DNA of 64,000 nucleotides from Steroidobacteraceae bacterium (GTDB taxonomy: Bacteria; Pseudomonadota; Gammaproteobacteria; Steroidobacterales; Steroidobacteraceae), in the NCBI GenBank assembly GCA_035300445.1, contig DATGVL010000048.1, positions 13,361 through 77,360 on the forward strand, in the 5' to 3' direction. The translations under genes were made by a program, and so were the position numbers. Position 1 is the first letter of the stretch. Every line of letters starts with the position of its first letter. Positions 18,081-27,287 of the stretch are shown piece by piece. The notes under the pieces are model-generated. The model saw only the letters and a list, made by a program, of their open reading frames with translations. It did not search any database and was not told the origin of the DNA.

Positions 18081-21000
18081 ATGAAAGCAGTTGTTGCACG
18101 CGCGCTGGGGCTCGTCGGCGTCCTGTGTCTCGCTAGCACGGCGCTGGCGCAAACGCCGCCGGCCACGCAGAACGCGGCGCCGGTGATCGAGGAGGTGGTG
18201 ATCACGGGATCGCGCATCGCGGGGCCGAACCTGACCGCGACCAGTCCGATCCAGGTCGTGAGCTCAAAGGACATTCAGACCAGCGGCAAGACCGACATCA
18301 ACGACATCATCCTGCAGTTGCCGCAGAACTACGATAACGGTCTCGGTCAGGACTTGGGCAACCGCACCAGCGGTCTGACGACCGCCGGCGGTGTGGCTAC
18401 CGCGGACCTGCGCGGCCTCGGGCCGAACCGCACCTTGGTGCTGGTGGACGGCATCAGGCTCGGCATCGGTTCGCCGTACACGTTCATCCAGTCACCTGCA
18501 CCCGACCTAGATCAGATTCCGACCTTCCTCCTCGATCGTGTTGAGGTGGTCACGGGCGGCGCCTCGGCGACTTACGGGTCGGACGCCATCGCAGGCGTCA
18601 TCAACTTCATCATGAAGAAGAATTTCCAGGGTGTTCAGGTTGACGGCCAGTTGGGCGAAAACTGGCACGACAATCACAATAACTACTGGCAGCAGCAGGA
18701 CATCGCCTTCCACGGCACCCCGGCCACCGGTACCTCGAAGGACGGCCGCAACCGCAACGTCGACGCCATCTTCGGCTCGAACTTCGCGGACGGCAAGGGC
18801 AATGTAACTGCCTACTTCAGCTTCTTCCACACGGACCCGGTCTCGGGTGCCGACCGCGACTGGAGCAGCTGCCAGGCGAGTGAGGTGTTCGATGCCGCCG
18901 GCAACGTGACCAACCAGGTCTGTGGCGGCTCATCCAACTCGAACTATTTCAGAGTGAACAATGGGCCCCTTAAAGCGGGCACGGTCTACAGCGTGTTTGG
19001 CACCAGTTTCGTGCCCCAAGGATCGGTCCTCACGACGCCCCCGGCCGCCTTCAACTCGCAGCCTTTCATCTACATGACCCGCGAGGACACGCGTTACGCC
19101 GCAGGCTTCATGGCGCATGAAGAGGTCAACGAATATTTCAAACCCTACGGACAGTTCTTCTTCACGGACGACCAGACGCACCAGGCCATCGCGCCGGCGG
19201 CATTGTTCAGGGATGCGAATCCCAACGATTCCATCAGTGGCAACTACAACGTGAACTGCAGCAATCCGCTCCTGAGCGCGCAGCAGGCGGGTATCTTGTG
19301 TACGCCTGCCATGATCGCGGCGGATGCAGCCAATCCGGGATCGACGACCGTCAACGTACGAATCGGGCGCCGCAATGTCGAGGGTGGTGCACGCTTCTCA
19401 GACTTCGAGCACAGCAGCTACCGCGCGGTGCTCGGCAGCAAGGGCGACTTCCTCGACGCCTGGAACTACGACGTATACGGGCAGTACTACTTCGTGAGTT
19501 TCTTCAACTCGAACAGCAAGTATCTCAACTTCGCCAATGTCGACCAGGCACTGCTGGTCACCGGCACGAAGGCTAACCCGGTGTGTATTAACGCCAACGC
19601 CAGGGGTTGCGTGCCGTACAACATCTGGTCAGATGGTGGCGTGACGCAGGACCAGCTGAACTACCTGTACCTCACCGGCACGGGTTCGGGCAACTACACC
19701 CTGCGTACAACGCACGGTGAAATCACCGGCGAACTCGGCAAGTACGGCGTGCGTCTGCCGACCGCGAATGACGGTATCGCCATCAACCTCGGTGCCGAGC
19801 ATCGCAACGAGAAGCAGGTGTTCAATCCCGATTCCGCTGAGCTTAGCGGCCAGCTGTCGGGCTTCGGCAGCGCCGCGGTGGCCATTGACAACGGTGACTC
19901 GGTGACTGAGGAGTGGGCGGAGCTGCGTGCGCCGCTCGTGCAGGACAAGCCCTTCGCCAGGGACCTGGTGTTCGATACCGCGTTGCGTCATTCGGATTAC
20001 TCGATCGCGGGGCAGGTCAACACCTATAAGTACGAGTTGCAGTGGGCGCCGATCTCCGACCTCCGCTTCCGCGGCACGTTCCAGCGGGCCATTCGTGCCC
20101 CGACCCTGATTGAGCTCTTCAACCCGCAGCTAGTCGGCCTGATCCAGTTCGGCAACGACCCGTGCGCGCCGACGTTAAATGCAGCCAACCAAGTGGTGCA
20201 TGCCACCGCCTCCGCCGCCCAGTGTGCGGTGCAGGGTGTGACGGCGGCCGAATACGGTAACGGCGGCACGACCGACACGGTACCCCAAGGGTCGAACGGC
20301 CAGCTCTCGCAGCTGACGGGCGGCAGCCAGAGACTGCAGCCGGAGACGAGCAAGTCCTGGACTCTCGGCTTCACCTTCACGCCGGAATTCGCGCCGGGAC
20401 TCACGGGCAGCCTCGACTACTTCCACATCGCGGTGGATAAGGAAGTGGGCGTCATTCCTGCCGCAGTAATCATGAGCACCTGTCTGGCGAGCAGCACTCC
20501 CCTTTACTGCAACCAGATCGTGCGTAGCCCCAACACCGGCGGATTGGTCGGAAACAACATCCCGGGTGGGGGCTATTTCATCCAGACGAATGTGAACGTG
20601 GGTGCGGCACTGGTCAGCGGTGCCGACGCGCAATTGAACTACAAGTGGACCCTGCCGGGCCAGCACCTCGGCGCCTTGGGGTTTGCGCTGAATGGCTCGT
20701 ACCTGCAGCACGACGAAGCCACGCCGCTGCCCGGCCAGCACACTTACGACTGCGCGGGGCTCTTTGGCTTCACCTGCCAGACCGTCAACCCGCGCTGGCG
20801 TCATATCTTCCGGGCTTCCTGGCTGAGCCCCTGGAACGTGGACCTCGCCGCCACCTGGCGCTATCTGGGCAAAGTGGCTAACGACAACAACGATAATGAT
20901 CCGTCATTGCATTTCGCGGTGTACGGTGCGTACACGGGGCAACCGGCGGTTATTGGCTCGTTCAGCTATCTGGATCTGGCGTTGAGCTGGCACGCGCTCA

Positions 21001-21152
21001 ACAACCTTGAGGTTCGCGGTGGCGTCAACAACCTCACCGACAAGGATCCTCCGGTGGTGCCGTTCTTCATCCAGCCGGGCGGTGCGAACGCGTACTCGGC
21101 TTACGACCAGCTCGGTCGCCAACTGTTTGTCGCGTTCACCGCCAAGTTCTGA
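18081..21152 (+). CDS. TonB-dependent outer-membrane receptor
   Basis: Signal peptide MKAVVARALGLVGVLCLASTALAQ. Plug-domain motifs (EEVVITGSRI, VEVVTGGASATYGSDAIAGVINF). Terminal beta-strand ends LFVAFTAKF. Confidence 0.92.
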   Translation: MKAVVARALGLVGVLCLASTALAQTPPATQNAAPVIEEVVITGSRIAGPNLTATSPIQVVSSKDIQTSGKTDINDIILQLPQNYDNGLGQDLGNRTSGLTTAGGVATADLRGLGPNRTLVLVDGIRLGIGSPYTFIQSPAPDLDQIPTFLLDRVEVVTGGASATYGSDAIAGVINFIMKKNFQGVQVDGQLGENWHDNHNNYWQQQDIAFHGTPATGTSKDGRNRNVDAIFGSNFADGKGNVTAYFSFFHTDPVSGADRDWSSCQASEVFDAAGNVTNQVCGGSSNSNYFRVNNGPLKAGTVYSVFGTSFVPQGSVLTTPPAAFNSQPFIYMTREDTRYAAGFMAHEEVNEYFKPYGQFFFTDDQTHQAIAPAALFRDANPNDSISGNYNVNCSNPLLSAQQAGILCTPAMIAADAANPGSTTVNVRIGRRNVEGGARFSDFEHSSYRAVLGSKGDFLDAWNYDVYGQYYFVSFFNSNSKYLNFANVDQALLVTGTKANPVCINANARGCVPYNIWSDGGVTQDQLNYLYLTGTGSGNYTLRTTHGEITGELGKYGVRLPTANDGIAINLGAEHRNEKQVFNPDSAELSGQLSGFGSAAVAIDNGDSVTEEWAELRAPLVQDKPFARDLVFDTALRHSDYSIAGQVNTYKYELQWAPISDLRFRGTFQRAIRAPTLIELFNPQLVGLIQFGNDPCAPTLNAANQVVHATASAAQCAVQGVTAAEYGNGGTTDTVPQGSNGQLSQLTGGSQRLQPETSKSWTLGFTFTPEFAPGLTGSLDYFHIAVDKEVGVIPAAVIMSTCLASSTPLYCNQIVRSPNTGGLVGNNIPGGGYFIQTNVNVGAALVSGADAQLNYKWTLPGQHLGALGFALNGSYLQHDEATPLPGQHTYDCAGLFGFTCQTVNPRWRHIFRASWLSPWNVDLAATWRYLGKVANDNNDNDPSLHFAVYGAYTGQPAVIGSFSYLDLALSWHALNNLEVRGGVNNLTDKDPPVVPFFIQPGGANAYSAYDQLGRQLFVAFTAKF

Positions 21153-22317
21153 TAGGGCCGCGGGGAGCAAGGAGAGAGTGTGCTGGGCGAGCGCTTCGTC
21201 GTCCCCGCTCAGCGTCCGTATCTTCACGAATGACCACCTCCGATGGTGCGCCACCCGCAGCGTCGTGGAAGGGAATCGACACCGTGGCGGCGACGCCGCC
21301 GCCGCCAGCCGCTCGCACTTCGAGCGACTGCTCTTCGCCGTACAGCTCACGCAGCCGCCGCCGCGCGTTGGCAAGACCCATGCCCGAGCGGTGCCCGGGC
21401 TGCATGCCGGCGCCGTCATCCACGACCTGCAACTCGAGCCTTCCGCCACGGCGGTCCGCACGGATTTCAATTGTGCCGCCCCGGGCGAGCGGCGCGATGC
21501 CGTGGATCACGGCGTTCTCGACCAGTGACTGCAAGACCAGGGACGGCAGCGCGGCTGGCAGCACCTGGGGCGCGATCCGATAGTTGACACGCAGCCGATC
21601 GCTGAAGCGGCGCTGCTGAATGCGCAGGTAACAGGCCACCAGATCGAGCTCCCGCTGCACGGTCGTCTCCTGCAGCGTGGAGTCCGCGAAAGCCGCACGC
21701 AGGATCTCGCCCAGGTCCGCGATCATGTCCTCGGCGGCGCCGGCGTCAATGCGCACCAGCGCCGACACGGCGTGCAGGGTGTTGAAGAGGAAATGCGGCT
21801 GAATCTGCGCTCGCAACAGCGCCAGACGGGAGGTGGCCAGCAGCGTCTCCAACTCCGCCGCGCGCTCCTCACGCTCGCGGGCGCGCGCGTGTGAGTCGAT
21901 CAAAGCCTGGATGCATACCAGCGGCCAGTACATCCAGATGTCGCCGTAGATCTCCTCCAGGAAGCGCAGCTTGAGGAGCGAGCCCGGGTAGTGCGCCGGG
22001 ACAGCCAACAGCGGCCCCCCGACCGCGCCGGCCACCACGCAATGCAACAGCGACAGGAGCAGGAACGCCGCGACGTGTACGACGATCGCCCTCGCCAGGG
22101 CCGGCCGTGCCAAGGGGAAGCGGTGCGCAACGAACAGGACCAGCGGAGTAAGCGCGGCCCAGATCCACTGTTCCGTCAGTGGCCGCTGGAACACCGCCCA
22201 GAAGGCCGGATGCCTTCCCAGCAGCTCGGCGAGCAGGTAGTCCGCGAGACCGCCACAAATGGCGGCGATCGTCCACAGAGCGAAGACGAGCGCGAAACGC
22301 TTGGCGAACGCTTTCAT
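21136..22317 (-). CDS. LytS/YehU-type sensor histidine kinase with no intact cognate regulator adjacent
   Basis: TM-rich N-terminus, IQPHFLFNTLHAVSALV signature and LVLQSLVENAVIHG ATPase motif. About 45 aa follow the terminal SIPF motif. The 3' end overlaps the TonB receptor gene by 17 nt. Confidence 0.85.
   Translation of the reverse strand: MKAFAKRFALVFALWTIAAICGGLADYLLAELLGRHPAFWAVFQRPLTEQWIWAALTPLVLFVAHRFPLARPALARAIVVHVAAFLLLSLLHCVVAGAVGGPLLAVPAHYPGSLLKLRFLEEIYGDIWMYWPLVCIQALIDSHARAREREERAAELETLLATSRLALLRAQIQPHFLFNTLHAVSALVRIDAGAAEDMIADLGEILRAAFADSTLQETTVQRELDLVACYLRIQQRRFSDRLRVNYRIAPQVLPAALPSLVLQSLVENAVIHGIAPLARGGTIEIRADRRGGRLELQVVDDGAGMQPGHRSGMGLANARRRLRELYGEEQSLEVRAAGGGGVAATVSIPFHDAAGGAPSEVVIREDTDAERGRRSARPAHSLLAPRGPIRTWR
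21153..21227 (-). pseudogene. Possible remnant of the 5' end of a LytTR-type response regulator gene
   Basis: GGAGG (21237-21241), then 9 nt, then GTG at 21227 reading VKIRTLSGDDEALAQHTLSLLPAAL. This resembles receiver N-termini (compare VVVDDEPLARKRV at 15978). The frame then runs antisense into the TonB receptor gene with no receiver-like sequence. Confidence 0.25.
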
Positions 22318-22389
22318 CGGGAGCTTGGCTCGCAGGGTCAGTTTGGCAGACGTGGCCGGGCGTCGCAACGGCGCGCCGGGGTTTTCGCG

Positions 22390-23376
22390 TCACAGCGGAT
22401 AAAGGCCGCGCACCCGACCGAACAGGCGCGCGAGCCCGAACAAGGCGTCGCAATTGGGCGTTGCGACCCCGACACGCTGACCGATTTCACGTACCGCGCC
22501 GATGAGTGCGTCGAGCTCGATCGGGCGCAGTGCTTCGACATCCTGCAGCATGGAGGTCTTGAACGCGCCGAGTCTGCGGGTCACGGCGTAGCGGTCCTGC
22601 GGGGATTCGCGCACCTCGCAGCCGATGCGGGCACCGATGGCGGCGGCCTCGGTCATGGCGCGCGAGCAGAAGCCACGCACCAGCTCGTCGTCGAGCACCT
22701 GGTCCGTGGTCGCGCCCGTGAGCGCCGAGACCGGATTCATGGTCATGTTGCCCCACAGCTTGTACCAGATGTCGTAACGGATTCGCTGCGAGCAGGTCAC
22801 CTCGAAACCGCTACGCGTGAGCAGCTCGCCGAGCGCGCGCACGCGCGCGGACTCTCCGCCGGCGGGTTCGCCGATGATCAGACCCCGTCCCATGCGGTGC
22901 AGCGTGATGCCCGGTGCGGCGGTCGCGGCGCTCGCGTGCACCACGCAGCCGATGACCTGCCGCCCGGGTATCGCTGCGGCGATGCCGCCGCCCGGATCGA
23001 CGCTCTCGAGCGGGCGTGCCCCGAGAGCCGCGATGCCGTCGCTGAACCACCACGGCACGCCGTTCATCGCCGGCAGCACCAGGGTGTCCGCCGCGATGAG
23101 GGGCACAAGGGCGGGCGCGAGGGCCGGCAGTGCCTGGCCCTTCACCGTGATGATGACAAGATCCTGGGGTCCGAGGGCACGAGGGTCGTCGCTCGCCGTG
23201 GCCGCGGGCGCCTGCAGCAGTGTGCCGCCTTCGCGCAGCCTCCAGCCGTGATCGCGCAGCGCCACCAGCGTCGCGCCGCGCGCCAGCGCCGCAACGCTCG
23301 CCTCGCCGCCCGCCGCGAGGCGCGTGCCGAGGAAGCCGCCGATGGCGCCCGCGCCGACTACACAGATTTTCAACAC
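22390..23376 (-). CDS. panE: 2-dehydropantoate 2-reductase (ketopantoate reductase)
   Basis: MLKICVVGAGAIGGFLGTRLA Rossmann motif and an ApbA/PanE-like C-terminal domain (DIWYKLWGNMTMNP, TSMLQD). Confidence 0.8.
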   Translation of the reverse strand: MLKICVVGAGAIGGFLGTRLAAGGEASVAALARGATLVALRDHGWRLREGGTLLQAPAATASDDPRALGPQDLVIITVKGQALPALAPALVPLIAADTLVLPAMNGVPWWFSDGIAALGARPLESVDPGGGIAAAIPGRQVIGCVVHASAATAAPGITLHRMGRGLIIGEPAGGESARVRALGELLTRSGFEVTCSQRIRYDIWYKLWGNMTMNPVSALTGATTDQVLDDELVRGFCSRAMTEAAAIGARIGCEVRESPQDRYAVTRRLGAFKTSMLQDVEALRPIELDALIGAVREIGQRVGVATPNCDALFGLARLFGRVRGLYPL

Positions 23377-23413
23377 TTAGGCTTGCGGCGCTGGCAATTT
23401 GGGCGCGGGGCCG

Positions 23414-24163
23414 TCAGCCCATGTGCAGACCGCCATTCAACGAGAAATCCGCGCCGGTGGCGAATGCGGACTCGTTGCTCACCAGCCAGGCGACGATCGA
23501 GGCGATCTCTTCCGGCTCTCCCAGCCGCTTGACCGGGATGCCGCTGACGATTCTCTCGAGCCGGTCGGGCTTGATGGCGCGCACCATGTCGGTGCCGATA
23601 TACCCGGGCGACACGGTGTTGACCGTGACGCCGCGCGCGGCGACCTCCTGGGCCAGTGCCATGGTGAACCCATGGATGCCCGCCTTGGCGGTCGAGTAAT
23701 TGGTTTGACCGAACTGGCCGCGCTGGCCGTTCACCGATGAGATGTTGACGATCCGGCCCCAGCTGCGCGCCAGCATGCCGTCGATCACCTGCTTGGTGAC
23801 GTGGAACAGCGAGTTGAGATTGGTCTCGATGACCGCATGCCAGGCCTCGTTGGTCATCTTCTGGAACATGCCATCGCGGGCGATGCCGGCGTTGTTGACC
23901 AGGATGTCGATCTCGCCCACTTCGGCGCGCGCGGTATCGAAGGCGCGCTTGGTCGAGTCCCAATCCGAGACGTTGCCCTCGGAGGCGTGGATGTTGCAGC
24001 CCTCGGCGCGCATCTCGGCCAGCCAGCGATCCTTGCGCGGCGAGCCCGGGCCGCAGCCGGCGATGACCGTATGACCCTCCTTGCACAGGCGCCGGCAGAT
24101 GGCCGTGCCGATGCCCCCCATACCGCCGGTGACGTAAGCGATCCGTGTCGGCTGTGATGCCAT
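23414..24163 (-). CDS. phaB: Acetoacetyl-CoA reductase
   Basis: RIAYVTGGMGGIGTAICRRL, NNAG, SSVNGQRGQFGQTNYSTAKAG and PGYIGTDMV are typical of PhaB. ATG at 24163 was verified on the sequence. Confidence 0.88.
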   Translation of the reverse strand: MASQPTRIAYVTGGMGGIGTAICRRLCKEGHTVIAGCGPGSPRKDRWLAEMRAEGCNIHASEGNVSDWDSTKRAFDTARAEVGEIDILVNNAGIARDGMFQKMTNEAWHAVIETNLNSLFHVTKQVIDGMLARSWGRIVNISSVNGQRGQFGQTNYSTAKAGIHGFTMALAQEVAARGVTVNTVSPGYIGTDMVRAIKPDRLERIVSGIPVKRLGEPEEIASIVAWLVSNESAFATGADFSLNGGLHMG

Positions 24164-24448
24164 GGCTGCCCTCGTAGTTCTTTGCAGATCAGTGCGCTGA
24201 TTTTTAGTCGCGTTCCGAGAACCACGCAAGTACGCGAAAACACCCGCCTTCATGGCGCGCATCGTGTAAGGCGCGTCGCGCCGCACACCCCATCAGGGCC
24301 GATCCGGGCACCGCCCCCGGCAATCTCCCAGCCAGATCAGCCAGTTGCGCCCCGGCCAGCTTGGCCTCAAGGCCGTCGCAGCACCGCAGCGCGCGGCACG
24401 TCAGCCACCGGCTGGCCTGCGGTTCGGCTTGGATCATAATGCGAGCCC

Positions 24449-25777
24449 ATGGAAACGGCGGCCGAACAATGCGACGTGGCCGTGATCGGCGGCGGCCCGG
24501 CCGGCAGCACTGCCGCGGCTTTTCTGGCCCGCCGCGCCTATCGCGTGATTGCGCTGGAGAAGGCGCACCATCCGCGCTTCCATATCGGGGAGTCCCTGCT
24601 GCCGATGAATCTGCCTGTATTCGAGCGGCTCGGCGTGCTGGAGAAGGTGCGCGCGCTCGGGGTGTACAAGCGCGGCGCGGATTTCGAGGCCGACAACGAG
24701 TGGGGCTACAACACCTTCGCCTTCGATCGCGCAATCGGCAACAGTCCGCCGCACGCCTATCAGGTGTGGCGGCAGGACTTTGACAAGATGCTGTTCGAGC
24801 ACGCGCGCGAGTGTGGTGCGACCGCGCGCGAGGGCCATGAGGCGGTCAGCATCGAGCAGCGTGGTCCGCGTGAAACTCGACTGGAGGTACGCACCGATGA
24901 GGGCCGCAGTTATCGGATTCAGGCGCGCTACCTGGTCGATGCCAGCGGCCGCGATACCTTCCTGTCGGCGAAAAAAAAACTGCGGCGCAAGAACGACCAG
25001 CATCAGAGCGCGGCGATCTTCGGGCACTTCCGCGGCGCGGATGCGCGCCAGGGCGCGGACGCGGGCAACATCAGCATGTACCGGTTCGAGCATGGCTGGA
25101 TGTGGATGATTCCGCTGCCCGAGGGTGTGATGAGCGTGGGCGCGGTGTGCTGGCCGGATTATCTGAAGCAGCGCAAGGGCCGCACGCTGGAGTTCCTGCT
25201 CGACACGCTGAAACGCAACCCCGCCCTGTGGCAGCGTGTCAAGGGAGCCGAGCTGATCGGCAACGAGGTGCGCGTCACCGGCAACTATTCCTATGACTCG
25301 ACGCAGATGGGTGGACCGGGCTGGGTCCTGGTCGGCGATGCGTTCGCCTTCATCGATCCGGTGTTTTCCTCCGGCGTTTATCTGGCGATGAGCGGTGCGG
25401 AGCAGGCGGCGCAGGTCGTGGACGCGGCGTTGTGCGAGCCCGCCACCGAGATGAGGTTGTTGCGCAAGCTGGAAAAGCGCCAGCGCAGCGGCATGGATCG
25501 ATTCTCGTTTTTTATCTACCGCTTCAATGGCCCAATAATGCGCCAGATGTTCAGCCATCCGAAGAATATCTGGCAGTTGGAGCAGAGCGTGATCTCGATG
25601 CTCGCCGGTGACCTGTTCGATACGCCGAAGGTGCTGAGGCGCCTGCAACTATTCAAGCTGGTCTATGCGATCAACGGCCTGCGGGACTGGCGGCGCTGGC
25701 GCGCCGGGCATCAGTATCGGCTGGCACAGGCGCGTGCGCAGTTCACCGGCGGCAACACCCCGTTGGACAAGTCCTAA
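24449..25777 (+). CDS. Flavin-dependent halogenase (CndH/PltA-like, carrier-protein-substrate type)
   Basis: GxGxxG (VIGGGPAGS), candidate catalytic Lys context (GVYKRGADF), the halogenase-specific WxWxIP motif (GWMWMIPL) and FIDPVFSSG. Confidence 0.75.
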   Translation: METAAEQCDVAVIGGGPAGSTAAAFLARRAYRVIALEKAHHPRFHIGESLLPMNLPVFERLGVLEKVRALGVYKRGADFEADNEWGYNTFAFDRAIGNSPPHAYQVWRQDFDKMLFEHARECGATAREGHEAVSIEQRGPRETRLEVRTDEGRSYRIQARYLVDASGRDTFLSAKKKLRRKNDQHQSAAIFGHFRGADARQGADAGNISMYRFEHGWMWMIPLPEGVMSVGAVCWPDYLKQRKGRTLEFLLDTLKRNPALWQRVKGAELIGNEVRVTGNYSYDSTQMGGPGWVLVGDAFAFIDPVFSSGVYLAMSGAEQAAQVVDAALCEPATEMRLLRKLEKRQRSGMDRFSFFIYRFNGPIMRQMFSHPKNIWQLEQSVISMLAGDLFDTPKVLRRLQLFKLVYAINGLRDWRRWRAGHQYRLAQARAQFTGGNTPLDKS

Positions 25778-25783
25778 GGCGGT

Positions 25784-27145
25784 TCATTTCGCCGCAGAAC
25801 TCAGCGTCGACCTGAACACCACGCCATCCTTCATCACGAATCCCACGTTCTTCAGTACATTGACATCCTCGAGCGGATCGCTCGCCACTGCGATCAGGTC
25901 CGCGTACGCTCCGGGGGCAACCACCCCCAGCTCGGTGCGCTTGCCGAGCAGCTCTGCGGCCCGCGACGTGGCGGACTGAATCGCCTGCATCGGCGTCATC
26001 CCGAACTCAACCTCGCGGGCAAATTCCTGGGCCATCGGATCGGTCCACACGAAGCCGCCGACGTCGGTTCCGAAAGCTATCCTGACGCCGGCGCGCAACG
26101 CCTTCTGAAACGAGACGCCATGGACGGCGACGCGCTTGCGGTCGCGCTGTCCGGTCGGTGTGTCCGCCGGATCGTGATCGTAATAATAGACTGACAGCGT
26201 GGGGACTAACCACGTGCCTTGTTTGATCATCTGCGCGATCTGCGCGTCGTTTAGCTCGAGACCATGCTCGATGGAGTCACAACCGCCATCCAGGGCTCGC
26301 TGCAGGCCCGGCCCGTTGTAGGCGTGGCAGGCGACCTTGCGGCGCCAGCCGTGCGCCTCGTCCACGATGGCCTTGAGCTCCTCGACCGTCAGGGTGGGTT
26401 GCGAGACGAGCGCCCCCTGCTCATCGACCCAGGAGCGGTGCGTCATGTACACCTTGATCCAGTCCGCGCCGTGCTCCAGCTGCTCGCGTGCAGCCTTGCG
26501 CGCCTCGACGGGGCCATCGACCAGCTGCGCTCCTTTCGGCACCACGATTTCGGGCGCATATCCTTCCAGGTTGTAGCCGCCGGTCGTCGAGATTGAGCGC
26601 GTCGAGACGAACATTCGCGGGCCGGGAATGCGACCCTCGTTGATCGCCTGTTTGATTCCGACGTCGCCATATCCCGCGCCCTCGGTCTCGACATCGCGAA
26701 TCGTCGTGAACCCCTGTTCCAGCGCACGCCGCGCCGCCACGATCGCGCGCGCCACGCGGTAGGACGCGGGGAACTTCAGCAATTGCACATCGTAGCCGCC
26801 GGCTTCAGGCACCTCGCCCTGCAGAAAGATATGAGTGTGACAATCGATGAGGCCGGGAAGAACGGTAGCGGCGCCCAGATCGATCAGTTGCGCCCCCGCA
26901 GGCGGTGGATGCATCCCCGCCGTGTAGACAGCGACGATACGGTTGCCGCGGATCACTATCTCCGGATTTGCCAGCGGCCGTGCGCTCGTACCATCGATGA
27001 GCGATCGGGCGCGGACGATCACTGCGGGTGTCGATATGTTGGCGGCTGGCGTCGCGGTTGAATCCTGCGCGATGCTTAGGCGCGCGAGGCATAAGGCGAT
27101 GGCGCCGAGGCAACCCATGGAACGCATGCAGACACTCCCCGCCAT
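25784..27145 (-). CDS. Secreted amidohydrolase (metal-dependent hydrolase, Xaa-Pro dipeptidase/imidazolonepropionase-like)
   Basis: Signal peptide (MRSMGCLGAIALCLARLSIAQ), GLIDCHTHIF metal-binding motif, HAYNG and CDSIEHG. Confidence 0.8.
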   Translation of the reverse strand: MAGSVCMRSMGCLGAIALCLARLSIAQDSTATPAANISTPAVIVRARSLIDGTSARPLANPEIVIRGNRIVAVYTAGMHPPPAGAQLIDLGAATVLPGLIDCHTHIFLQGEVPEAGGYDVQLLKFPASYRVARAIVAARRALEQGFTTIRDVETEGAGYGDVGIKQAINEGRIPGPRMFVSTRSISTTGGYNLEGYAPEIVVPKGAQLVDGPVEARKAAREQLEHGADWIKVYMTHRSWVDEQGALVSQPTLTVEELKAIVDEAHGWRRKVACHAYNGPGLQRALDGGCDSIEHGLELNDAQIAQMIKQGTWLVPTLSVYYYDHDPADTPTGQRDRKRVAVHGVSFQKALRAGVRIAFGTDVGGFVWTDPMAQEFAREVEFGMTPMQAIQSATSRAAELLGKRTELGVVAPGAYADLIAVASDPLEDVNVLKNVGFVMKDGVVFRSTLSSAAK

Positions 27146-27287
27146 AGAGTGGCCCTGCTAGCTGCGGGCCGTCTTGAAGCGGCCCATATGATGCCCGCCC
27201 GCGAGCTATTCGCAAAGCATCGCTGGATGCTCTTGCGCCTACCTGCCGGGCGCGCGTCTAATTGCGGCGGCAACCGGGGAGACATCG

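Noticed and set aside
17748-18152. N-terminal 135-codon extension of the 16737-18152 ORF. Similar 5' extensions occur in the ORFs at 4435, 14488, 17988, 23414-24286, 36490-37107, 49470 and 60662-62122.
   Set aside because: The extensions are Arg/Pro-rich, overlap neighbouring genes or divergent promoters, and precede internal ATG codons that give canonical family N-termini. I shortened those genes accordingly. The exact starts remain unverified.
20904-21470. 188-aa minus-strand ORF considered as a complete response regulator downstream of the second LytS kinase.
   Set aside because: Only about 25 codons after the GTG at 21227 look receiver-like. The remainder is antisense to the well-conserved C-terminal barrel strands of the TonB receptor and has no receiver or LytTR motifs. 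I kept it only as a low-confidence remnant.
21991-23532. 513-aa plus-strand ORF. The same applies to other very long ORFs antisense to confident genes: 11146-12750, 12678-14252, 33216-34559, 33413-35011, 37685-39400, 41365-42993, 47603-49006 and 54239-56101.
   Set aside because: All lie opposite genes with clear family motifs. Their translations are dominated by Arg/Gly/Ala/Pro/His runs and have no recognisable motifs. That is the expected artefact of stop-codon-poor antisense frames in very GC-rich DNA.
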